NCBI GenBank assembly: GCA_902577425.1
Contig: CACGZD010000001.1
Location: 318,414 to 382,413, forward strand
DNA from: an uncultured Alphaproteobacteria bacterium
GTDB taxonomy: Bacteria > Pseudomonadota > Alphaproteobacteria > HIMB59 > GCA-002718135
Reading direction: 5' to 3'
Length of the DNA: 64,000 nt
Shown here: positions 8,661 to 16,775 of the stretch, in pieces
Numbering within the stretch: the stretch's first letter is position 1
Layout of the letters: each line of letters starts with the position of its first letter
The notes under the pieces: model-generated
Database searches by the model: none
Told to the model about the DNA's origin: nothing
Seen by the model: only the letters and a program-made list of their open reading frames with translations
Translations under genes and position numbers: made by a program

Positions 8661-9614
8661 TTAATTAATCGTTTTTAAATATTTACTTTTTGCTAAATCA
8701 GGGCAATTTTTTATTTGATGATTATAATAATCATCATTGTTATAATCTAAATAAATATTTCCTGACATTTTATACAAAATGTCATTTTTATTATCATTTA
8801 CATGAACTTTGTTCTCAGGTTCCAAGTTATTAGCACATTTTGGAGGAGAGCCTAAAGTATGTAAAATTTCATGCAAAATAGTTGCTTCACTTTTACCAAA
8901 ATCTTCATTTTCTGAATCATTAAGACTATCATCCAAGCAACTAAACATTTTTTTGTTATTCCCTACTTTCTTCTTCCATTTACCACTTGTAAAAAAAATA
9001 GCTACTTTGCCATCAAATCTTGATTTTCCACAAATATCTAAAGATAATGATTTTCTTTTTTCCCATCCTTCAAAAAAAATAATAAATTTTTTTTTTTCAA
9101 AATTATTAAAAAGATCTGAATTAGATAAAATAATATTTTCTATCTTTAGACCTACATCTCTATCATCTTTTTCTTTAGAGGTAGATCCAGTAAACCAATT
9201 CATGGTTTTATTTACTCTTATAAATGTGACATCTATAGAACTATCAAACTTTTTATCAAAAATAATTTTTTGATTGCTAGACTTATCTATAAACCATTTG
9301 TTTATGGCAATAAGTGAAAACTGTATGTTAGATTTTACATCAAATTTTCGATCTTCTTTTTCACATGGCAATAAATATACTGCGTGAACTTGATGATCTT
9401 CTATATTATCAGGACTATCTCTAAATGATCTTTCAGGAATATGATCAGTTGCATGTGAAATAATTTTTATATCTTCACTATCATCACAGTTTTCTGGTAA
9501 TATTTTTTGAGGAGCAATAAATTTCCAATCTTCATTAATAAACTGAAGATAAAATACAAATATGCATACTATAACAAAAAAAATGGATACGGGAATGATA
9601 AAATATCTGTTCAA
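8661..9614 (-). CDS. membrane-anchored hypothetical protein with HExxHxxG zinc-protease-like motif
   Basis: 317 aa with an N-terminal TM helix (FIIPVSIFFVIVCIFVFYL) and a C-terminal ILHEILHTLGSPPKC. The gene is very AT-rich. Confidence 0.55.
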   Translation of the reverse strand: MNRYFIIPVSIFFVIVCIFVFYLQFINEDWKFIAPQKILPENCDDSEDIKIISHATDHIPERSFRDSPDNIEDHQVHAVYLLPCEKEDRKFDVKSNIQFSLIAINKWFIDKSSNQKIIFDKKFDSSIDVTFIRVNKTMNWFTGSTSKEKDDRDVGLKIENIILSNSDLFNNFEKKKFIIFFEGWEKRKSLSLDICGKSRFDGKVAIFFTSGKWKKKVGNNKKMFSCLDDSLNDSENEDFGKSEATILHEILHTLGSPPKCANNLEPENKVHVNDNKNDILYKMSGNIYLDYNNDDYYNHQIKNCPDLAKSKYLKTIN

Positions 9615-9626
9615 ATTTTGTAATAC

Positions 9627-10490
9627 CTAATCTAAATAACCCATTTTACCATTTTGATAATCTAGCATAGCTTGTTTCATCTCTCCTTCAGTATTTGTAA
9701 CAAAAGGTCCATGACGGATAATTGTTTCATTGAGTGGCTTACCTGCTAATACCAGATAAGATCCGTTTGGTGATATAGAATTAAAATTAATTTCATCTGA
9801 TGATTGATCAAAATAAATTATTTGTCCTTTGTGGGCAATTTGATTATCTTCTAAAAATTGAACTTTACCTTCAATAACATAAATCATTGCAATTTGATTT
9901 TTTGATATTTCTAAATTTATTTGATCTCGTTTAGAAAATTGTATATCAAATATAGAAACAGGTGAATAAGTTTGAATTTCAGATTCAGTATTTTTTACCT
10001 TTCCAACTAAAACTTTGATCTCAACTCCACTCTTCTCTTTGACTATTGGTATTTCATCTTTTTTAATATGTTGATACCATGGTTTAACTTTTTTATTTTT
10101 TTGAGGAAGGTTTACCCAAATTTGTAAACCTTGCATAATACCACCACTTTTTTTAAATTTATCTGTAACTAGTTCAGAGTGTATAAGGCCCGAGCCTGTT
10201 GTCATCCACTGAATGTCTCCTGTTTCAATAGCTGCTTGACCACCCCATGAATCTTTATGCTCAACCTCTCCACCTAATAAATATGTGATTGCTTCAAAGC
10301 CACAGTGAGGATGAGGTGGTACTCCAGTTGCCCCTCCTGGTTCATAGTTTATTGGTCCAAAGTGATCGAAAAGAAGAAAAGGATCATTATCTCTTATTTC
10401 AGGAACAGGAAATGCTCTAGTGACAGGAATACCGTCACCTTCAAAAGTTTTCATGCAGTCTTTAATAGATACAATTTTTCGCATTATCAT
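9627..10490 (-). CDS. pirin family protein (bicupin)
   Basis: 287 aa with the metal-site pattern PHPHCGFEAITYLLGGEVEHKDS and a second cupin domain. Confidence 0.85.
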   Translation of the reverse strand: MIMRKIVSIKDCMKTFEGDGIPVTRAFPVPEIRDNDPFLLFDHFGPINYEPGGATGVPPHPHCGFEAITYLLGGEVEHKDSWGGQAAIETGDIQWMTTGSGLIHSELVTDKFKKSGGIMQGLQIWVNLPQKNKKVKPWYQHIKKDEIPIVKEKSGVEIKVLVGKVKNTESEIQTYSPVSIFDIQFSKRDQINLEISKNQIAMIYVIEGKVQFLEDNQIAHKGQIIYFDQSSDEINFNSISPNGSYLVLAGKPLNETIIRHGPFVTNTEGEMKQAMLDYQNGKMGYLD

Positions 10491-10578
10491 TTAAATGGTT
10501 ATAAATTTATTATTTTCAATTAATTTATAACTCTTCATATGAGTTCAATCATACAAAAGTTAAATTAATTTTGTTTTT

Positions 10579-11583
10579 TTAATTGTAAAAATCTGGTTTT
10601 TCTTTCAATGAAATTGTTACTACTTTTTCTTCTTCAAAAGCTTCAACTCCCTTTTCTGCAATAAATGATGAAATCATACCATCCCATGCTGAAGATCCTT
10701 CAGATGTAGTATTGTTTAAAATACAATTAATCCAAGCCTGATTTTGATTACTATATGCATCTGCAAATCTTGGTCGCCAATCTTTACCATAAGCAAAACT
10801 ATGCTCATTATTAATTAGCAATTCATTTTTACGAGATGGTGACATTAAAACAGTTCCTTTTTCACAAACTAATTCTGCTCTTACATCATATCCATAATTT
10901 GCATTGGCATTGACTTCTACATCAACAACAACTCCATTAGCGCATTTAATTATTGCCAAAATAGGGTCAACAAAATCCAATTCTGTTCTTATTGTGTTTT
11001 TAATTATTTGAATTTCAACTATTTCTGTTTCAAGAAGCCATCTAATAATATCAAATTCATGCACAAGAGCACTTCTAATAGACATTACAGACTCAAAATA
11101 GCTGGGTGCACTAACCATACGATGCACACAATGTAACAATAGTGCCCTTCCTAATTCTAAACTATTATAATTCTTTTTCATTTCTTGGTAAGTCGGACAA
11201 AATCTCCTCATAAATCCAACTTGAACAAGTCTTTTTCCTATTTTTTGTTCAGCTTCAATAACATCATTACATTCTTTCACTGAATGAGAAAGAGGCTTTT
11301 CACATAAAACAGGTTTTTGAAGTTTAATACACTCTAGAACAAATTCTACATGAGTATCGTCTGGAGAAACAACCATTACTGCGTCAACTTTATTAGAATT
11401 TATTAGTTCTAGGCCAGAGTTGTAAATTTCAGGATTATCTAATTTTTCTATAATTTTTTTAGCTTGATTAATATTTTTATCATAAACTGAAGTAACTTTT
11501 GCATTAGATACTTTTGATTGAATAATATTGGCATGATCAGCTCCCATTATTCCTAAACCAATTATACCTACTCTTATTGTCAT
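10579..11583 (-). CDS. Gfo/Idh/MocA family NAD(P)-dependent oxidoreductase (inositol/sugar dehydrogenase-like)
   Basis: 334 aa with an N-terminal VGIIGLGIMG Rossmann motif and the EKPL motif (VLCEKPLS). The C-terminal alpha/beta domain is typical of the family. Confidence 0.8.
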   Translation of the reverse strand: MTIRVGIIGLGIMGADHANIIQSKVSNAKVTSVYDKNINQAKKIIEKLDNPEIYNSGLELINSNKVDAVMVVSPDDTHVEFVLECIKLQKPVLCEKPLSHSVKECNDVIEAEQKIGKRLVQVGFMRRFCPTYQEMKKNYNSLELGRALLLHCVHRMVSAPSYFESVMSIRSALVHEFDIIRWLLETEIVEIQIIKNTIRTELDFVDPILAIIKCANGVVVDVEVNANANYGYDVRAELVCEKGTVLMSPSRKNELLINNEHSFAYGKDWRPRFADAYSNQNQAWINCILNNTTSEGSSAWDGMISSFIAEKGVEAFEEEKVVTISLKEKPDFYN

Positions 11584-11642
11584 AAATTTTAAAATATATT
11601 ATGATAATAAACATTTTACAAACAAAAGTTTAATAAATTGAT

Positions 11643-12506
11643 ATGGACAAAATTTCTATATGCCCTTCTTGTAAGTGCAACAATTTTAAAATTGTTATAA
11701 ATATTGATAATAATAATATAGATAAATTTAAAAAATTGGATAATCTATATTATGATAATATTTTAACCTCATTATTAAATTTTGATAAAGTAAAAATTGC
11801 AAAATGTAATAGGTGTTTACATCATTGGTACTTTTATCAGCCATCAAATCAAAAATTATCTTTTATGTATTCTAATAAAAGCTTTAAAGACAAAAATTCT
11901 TATATTCATAAAAAAAATATTGAAAAAAATATTTTAATACTAAAAAAGATATCTCCTGGAAAAGACTTTTTAGATTTTGGATCAGGCCTAAATAATTTAT
12001 GGGAAAATATTGCACACAAACATAATTTTAATTATTTTGGCTATGATCCCTACATGCAAAAAAAAAAGAAATTAAAAAATTATTTTAACTCTTTAAGTGA
12101 ACTAAATTATAAAAAATTTGATATAATAAATGTTAATCAAGTTTTAGAACATGTAAAAAATTTAGACACAGCCTTGGAAGAAATAAAGATGTTTTGCAAA
12201 AAAGAAACAATAGTAAAGGTAAGTGTTCCTAATGTATTGAGACCAAGAGAAAAGTACATAAAAAAATTTTATAAAGAATGGCCATATAATAACAAGTCTT
12301 TACATACTATGTCGCCATATGAACATTTACATGGTTTTACTGCAAAATCTCTAAAAAACTTATTCTTAAGAAAGAATTTTTCAATAAAACATTCCTTTAA
12401 AATATTATTTTTTTTTAATCATTTTTATATTAGACAATACTTAAACAATCTAATTCCTTTATTATCTACTACTGAAATGATTTTTAAATTTAACATAAAG
12501 GATTAA
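11643..12506 (+). CDS. class I SAM-dependent methyltransferase with N-terminal 4-Cys zinc-ribbon-like segment
   Basis: 287 aa. CPSCKC...CNRC lies in the first 60 residues. Motif I is DFLDFGSGLNNL, followed by a later INVNQVLEHV (post-II/III) pattern. AT content is extreme. Confidence 0.55.
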   Translation: MDKISICPSCKCNNFKIVINIDNNNIDKFKKLDNLYYDNILTSLLNFDKVKIAKCNRCLHHWYFYQPSNQKLSFMYSNKSFKDKNSYIHKKNIEKNILILKKISPGKDFLDFGSGLNNLWENIAHKHNFNYFGYDPYMQKKKKLKNYFNSLSELNYKKFDIINVNQVLEHVKNLDTALEEIKMFCKKETIVKVSVPNVLRPREKYIKKFYKEWPYNNKSLHTMSPYEHLHGFTAKSLKNLFLRKNFSIKHSFKILFFFNHFYIRQYLNNLIPLLSTTEMIFKFNIKD

Positions 12507-12586
12507 AAAGATTAATTGTACTATTTCATATTTGAACTTCATTAAGTTTTAAATAAATATATTGATATTTAATAATAGCTAATTTG

Positions 12587-12991
12587 CTATTTTTTATTCT
12601 TACAATCTTTACACACACCATAAATTTCTAAATTATGTTTTGTGTATTTAAAATTAGCTTGCACACTTTGTTTTGCAAAGTATTCAGATAAGTTCTTTTT
12701 TTTCAGTTCTGTTACTTGGTCACATGTTTCACATATTAAAAAAGAGGTAGATGTCGATGAGTCACAATTCTTATGTTCACACGCAATATAAGAATTTTTA
12801 CTTTCTATTTTATGAACCTTTCCAATTTCTATAAGTTTATCCAAAGCTCGATAAACTTGAAGAGGTGCTTTAATTCCTTTTTTTTGAATATCAAAAAGAA
12901 TAGCATAAGCCTTTAAGGGTTCTTTCGATTTTTCTAATAAATCTAGAACAGTTTGTTGGTTATTCGTTAATTTTTCTGAGGCAAGAGTCAT
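12587..12991 (-). CDS. zur: Fur-family zinc uptake regulator
   Basis: 134 aa with a winged-helix N-terminus and two CxxC pairs (CETC, CKDC). It is the last gene of the znuC-znuB-zur transcription unit. Confidence 0.8.
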   Translation of the reverse strand: MTLASEKLTNNQQTVLDLLEKSKEPLKAYAILFDIQKKGIKAPLQVYRALDKLIEIGKVHKIESKNSYIACEHKNCDSSTSTSFLICETCDQVTELKKKNLSEYFAKQSVQANFKYTKHNLEIYGVCKDCKNKK

Positions 12992-13014
12992 ATAATTTAA
13001 ATATCAAATTGTGT

Positions 13015-13818
13015 TCATCTTTGCAATGCGCTGCTTCTTTTAAAAGGTATTAATGAAAGAATAAACAGTACTAATCCGGCTACAATTATTGATGGACCAG
13101 AGGCTGTATTAAATTCTAAAGAGCTAAACAAACCTATCATTACTGAAACAATTCCTATCAAAATTGATAATATAACCATTTGAAACGGATTATTACTCAA
13201 ACTTCTTGCTGTTGCAGCAGGTATTAAGAGCAACCCAGTTATTAATAAGGCTCCAATCATTTTTAAAGAAATAGCGATTACCCCAACTAGGAGTAGAGTA
13301 AAAATAAAATTAGAAACATCAGGTTTCATTCCCTCAGCCGCAGCTAAATCATAATTAACGGTTGCTGCAAATATTGATTTCCAAATATAATATAATATTC
13401 CTAAAATAATTAATCCTCCAAACCAAATAATAAAAATATCTTCAATAGTGACGGCCAATATATCTCCAAATAATAAGCCCATTAAATCAAAACGAATAGA
13501 AGATAGAAAACCAATTAATACCAATCCAATAGCAAGAGTTGAATGAGCTAGAAGTCCAAGCAAGGAATCTCCAGCCAACTTTGTTCTTTTTTGTAAACTA
13601 AGTAGAGTTAATGCAACTATTCCAGATATGATAAAAACTGATAAAGAAATATTAATACTAAAAGCATATGCTAGGGTAACACCTAGCAAAGCTGAATGTG
13701 ATAAAGTATCTCCAAAATAAGAAAGTCTTCGCCATATAACAAGACATCCAAGAGGACCAGTTACAATAGCAATTCCTATACCAGCAATTAATGCTCTAAT
13801 AAAAAAATCATCAAACAT
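13015..13818 (-). CDS. znuB: zinc ABC transporter permease
   Basis: 267 aa, ABC-3 family polytopic membrane protein. The start overlaps the znuC stop by 1 nt. Confidence 0.85.
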   Translation of the reverse strand: MFDDFFIRALIAGIGIAIVTGPLGCLVIWRRLSYFGDTLSHSALLGVTLAYAFSINISLSVFIISGIVALTLLSLQKRTKLAGDSLLGLLAHSTLAIGLVLIGFLSSIRFDLMGLLFGDILAVTIEDIFIIWFGGLIILGILYYIWKSIFAATVNYDLAAAEGMKPDVSNFIFTLLLVGVIAISLKMIGALLITGLLLIPAATARSLSNNPFQMVILSILIGIVSVMIGLFSSLEFNTASGPSIIVAGLVLFILSLIPFKRSSALQR

Positions 13819-14558
13819 TAACTAGCTACACTTCCATCATTATTATGTGAATGATCATGATTATGTTGATAATAGGATAATGTTTCTGAGTTATGTTCAC
13901 CAAATAATTTTATGTACTCTGGATTTTTTACAACACTACTAGGGGTTCCCGAACAACAGATATGTCCATTTAGACAAATAACATGATTAGTAGTGGACAT
14001 AACAAAATGCATATCATGAGAAATTAATAAGATACCACATTTTAAGCTAACGGAAATTTCCTTAATGAGATTATACAGTGCTATCTCCCCTTTGAAATCA
14101 ACTCCCTGCACAGGTTCATCTAATACTAATAAATCAGGTTTTTTTGCTATAGCTCTCGCTATTAGAACTCGTTGAAATTCACCACCGGACAAACTATTAA
14201 TTTGATTATAGAGTAATTTATCAACTCCTGTCATAGTTAAAGACTCATTGATCTGATGATTATTTAAGTTGCTTGTGAGTTTCATAAAATCAATGACGCG
14301 AAGTGGCATGGTCCAATCAATACTAATTTTCTGAGGAACATATGCCATCTTCTTGGCATTTCCTGTAACCAGACCTTCATCTGTATTCAAAATCTTTAAT
14401 ATCATTTTGGCTGTCGTTGTTTTCCCAGAACCATTAGGGCCAATAAGCGTTACAATTTGACCTTGATTAATTTCAAAAGAAATTCCTCTAACGAGCCATT
14501 TAGACGATCTATGAACGCCTGCATTTTCTAACTTAACAAGTAATTTTTTTTGTTCCAT
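13818..14558 (-). CDS. znuC: zinc ABC transporter ATP-binding protein
   Basis: Walker A GPNGSGKTT, signature LSGGEFQR and Walker B LLVLDEP. It has a His-rich C-terminal tail (HNHDHSHNND). Confidence 0.85.
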   Translation of the reverse strand: MEQKKLLVKLENAGVHRSSKWLVRGISFEINQGQIVTLIGPNGSGKTTTAKMILKILNTDEGLVTGNAKKMAYVPQKISIDWTMPLRVIDFMKLTSNLNNHQINESLTMTGVDKLLYNQINSLSGGEFQRVLIARAIAKKPDLLVLDEPVQGVDFKGEIALYNLIKEISVSLKCGILLISHDMHFVMSTTNHVICLNGHICCSGTPSSVVKNPEYIKLFGEHNSETLSYYQHNHDHSHNNDGSVAS

Positions 14559-14578
14559 TTATTGTTTACAATATGATA

Positions 14579-14593
14579 TGTTATATTATAACA
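14579..14593. promoter_or_regulatory. Zur box (operator) in the divergent znuC / znuA promoter region
   Basis: Perfect 15-bp palindrome TGTTATATTATAACA. It matches the classical Zur-box core TGTTATAWTATAACA, lying 21 nt upstream of the znuC start codon and 40 nt upstream of the znuA ATG. Confidence 0.75.
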
Positions 14594-14632
14594 CTTTTTA
14601 ATTTAACAAACCTATACCTGATAAGAAATATT

Positions 14633-15733
14633 ATGAAACAGAATAATTATCTACTAAACTTTTTAAAAGTGACATTTTTCGCTCTTTTGCTCATTGCTAC
14701 ATCGCCTGTAAGAGCAGAAATAAAAGTTGTTACTACTATAAAACCTCTACATTCATTAATTGCGAATGTTATGGATGGTGTTGGTGAGCCGTCATTAATA
14801 ATTGAAGACAGTACATCTCCCCATAGCTTTACTTTAAAGCCTTCTCATGCAAAACTTCTTGAAGAAGCTGATCTTATTTTCTGGGTTGGTGAGGGAATTG
14901 AAACTTTTATGGAAAGACCTCTTGAGTCTATTGTTAAAAATGCTGAAGTTGTTGAGTTTATGGAAGTTGAAAGTATTGAAAAGCTAAAATTTAGAGAAGA
15001 AAGTATTTATGGCGATCACGATGATCATGATGACCATGGCGATCACGATGATCATGATGACCACGATGAAGATCATGATGGACATGACGATCACGATGAT
15101 CATGATGACCACGATGAAGATCATGATGAACATGACGATCATGATGTACATGACGATCATGATGTACATGACGATCATGATGACCACGATGATCATGACG
15201 ATCATGCTGGCCATGAAGGTCATAATCATGGAGAGTTTGATGCTCACATATGGTTAGATCCAATGAATGCAAAAGAAATGGTCCGTGAAATTGCTCATGA
15301 ACTAGGTCATTTAGATCCTACTAATAAGGATAAATATGAAGCTAATGCTGATGCAACAATTCTAGCACTTGATCAATTGATTAAAGATGTAAGTAAAGAC
15401 ATCAATAAGGATGCAAAATTTGTTGTTTTCCATGATGCTTATCAATACTTTGAAGAACGTTTTGGTGTCAGAGCAGAAGGAGCATTAACATTAAATACTG
15501 ATGTATTACCTGGGGCTAAGCAAATTGATGAAATTCAGGATGTAATTAAAGATAGAGGAGTCAATTGTATTTTTTCTGAACCTCAATTTAATCCAAAAAT
15601 TATAACAACAATTGCAAAAGATACTAATATAAAAACTGGCGTCTTTGATCCTCTTGGAGCTAATATTAATTCTGATAAAGATCTTTACTTTAAGCTTATC
15701 AGCAATTTGGGTAATGAACTCAAAGGTTGTTAG
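14633..15733 (+). CDS. znuA: periplasmic zinc-binding protein of ZnuABC with hyper-extended His/Asp loop
   Basis: Signal peptide from the ATG at 14633 (MKQNNYLLNFLKVTFFALLLIATSPVRA). Cluster-9 SBP motifs are present (SPHSFTLKPS, AHIWLDP, FHDAYQYF). A roughly 75-residue DH-rich loop is inserted. Confidence 0.9.
   Translation: MKQNNYLLNFLKVTFFALLLIATSPVRAEIKVVTTIKPLHSLIANVMDGVGEPSLIIEDSTSPHSFTLKPSHAKLLEEADLIFWVGEGIETFMERPLESIVKNAEVVEFMEVESIEKLKFREESIYGDHDDHDDHGDHDDHDDHDEDHDGHDDHDDHDDHDEDHDEHDDHDVHDDHDVHDDHDDHDDHDDHAGHEGHNHGEFDAHIWLDPMNAKEMVREIAHELGHLDPTNKDKYEANADATILALDQLIKDVSKDINKDAKFVVFHDAYQYFEERFGVRAEGALTLNTDVLPGAKQIDEIQDVIKDRGVNCIFSEPQFNPKIITTIAKDTNIKTGVFDPLGANINSDKDLYFKLISNLGNELKGC
15011..15230 (+). 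repeat. in-frame tandem repeats encoding the ZnuA His/Asp loop
   Basis: A 48-nt unit occurs twice in tandem (15041-15088 and 15089-15136) with 1 mismatch. An 18-nt unit gatcatgatgtacatgac occurs twice and perfectly (15137-15172). Related 27-nt copies flank these. Confidence 0.9.
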
Positions 15734-15746
15734 TCTATTAATTTAT

Positions 15747-15775
15747 AAATTCCACCTTGATCAAAGGTGGAATTT
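15747..15775 (+). terminator. stem-loop (12-bp perfect stem, 5-nt loop) followed by T-rich tract between znuA and the COG0523 gene
   Basis: AAATTCCACCTT-GATCA-AAGGTGGAATTT followed by TAAACCTTTATTTT. It starts 14 nt after the znuA stop. Confidence 0.6.
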
Positions 15776-15803
15776 TAAACCTTTATTTTAAACAATTAAA
15801 CAT

Positions 15804-16775
15804 ATGGAAAATTCTCAACAAGTACCAGTGACTGTCTTAACAGGATTTCTTGGAGCTGGAAAAACAACACTACTAAACCGAATTTTAACTGAACAACATG
15901 GTCGAAAATATGCTGTTATCGTTAATGAATTTGGTGAGCAAGGTATCGACAATGATTTAGTTGTTGATGCAGATGAAGAAGTTTTTGAAATGAATAATGG
16001 ATGTATTTGCTGCACTGTAAGAGGTGATTTAATTCGTATTCTCAGTGGTCTTATGAAAAGAGCGGATAAATTAGATGCAATTATTGTAGAAACAACAGGT
16101 CTCGCAGATCCTGCGCCAGTTGCACAAACTTTCTTCGTTGATGAAGATGTTGCAGACCGCACTAAATTAGATGCTATTGTAACTGTTGCTGATGCTGTTC
16201 ATCTCAGTTCGCAATTAGAAGATCATCATGAGGCGGAAGAACAAATTGCTTTTGCTGATGTGTTGTTGTTAAACAAAGTTGATCTTGTTGATGATAGCGC
16301 GCTTACGCGAGTAAAAGAACGAATTCGTAAAATTAATCCTTTTGCTAAAATAATTCAAACTACTCGCTGTGATGCTCCACTTGATGAAGTTGTAGGGCTC
16401 AATGCATTTAGCTTAGAGCGTGTATTAGAAGTTGAGCCTGACTTTCTTGAATCGGATCATGATCACGAACATGATGATGATGTAACAAGTGTTTCATTTG
16501 TCTCTGATACTCCTCTTGATATGGATAAATTTCAAACATGGTTTGGAGATCTTTTACGAACAAAAGGTCAAGATATACTGCGATCAAAAGGGATTCTTGA
16601 TTTCCAAGGTGAAGAGGAACGATATGTATTCCAAGGGGTTCATATGTTGATGGATGCATCGCCTATGGGATCTTGGGCAGAAGGAAAAAAAAGAAGTTCC
16701 AGGATAGTATTTATAGGACGTAATCTGGATAGCATGAATCTTGAGGAAGGTTTTGAAAACTGTAAAATAGGATGA
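15804..16775 (+). CDS. COG0523 (CobW/YjiA/ZigA-type) G3E-family metallochaperone GTPase
   Basis: 323 aa with a GFLGAGKTTLLN P-loop, CICCT (CxCC) metal motif, ETTGLADP and NKVD. It has a His/Asp-rich linker (ESDHDHEHDDD) and a CobW C-terminal domain. Confidence 0.85.
   Translation: MENSQQVPVTVLTGFLGAGKTTLLNRILTEQHGRKYAVIVNEFGEQGIDNDLVVDADEEVFEMNNGCICCTVRGDLIRILSGLMKRADKLDAIIVETTGLADPAPVAQTFFVDEDVADRTKLDAIVTVADAVHLSSQLEDHHEAEEQIAFADVLLLNKVDLVDDSALTRVKERIRKINPFAKIIQTTRCDAPLDEVVGLNAFSLERVLEVEPDFLESDHDHEHDDDVTSVSFVSDTPLDMDKFQTWFGDLLRTKGQDILRSKGILDFQGEEERYVFQGVHMLMDASPMGSWAEGKKRSSRIVFIGRNLDSMNLEEGFENCKIG

Noticed and set aside
8809-9273. 154-aa plus-strand ORF opposite the HExxH membrane protein
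   Set aside because: The product is Phe/Leu/Ser-rich and low in complexity, as expected for the antisense of an AT-rich Lys/Asn/Glu-rich gene. The minus-strand ORF is twice as long and has a TM helix plus the HExxH motif.
14984-15272. Three extra ORFs (two on the minus strand, one in another plus frame) with bizarre MI/VH-rich products across the ZnuA His/Asp repeat
   Set aside because: They are by-products of the 3-nt periodic GAT/CAT repeat, which is stop-free in several frames. The znuA frame is the only one continuous with recognisable SBP domains on both sides.
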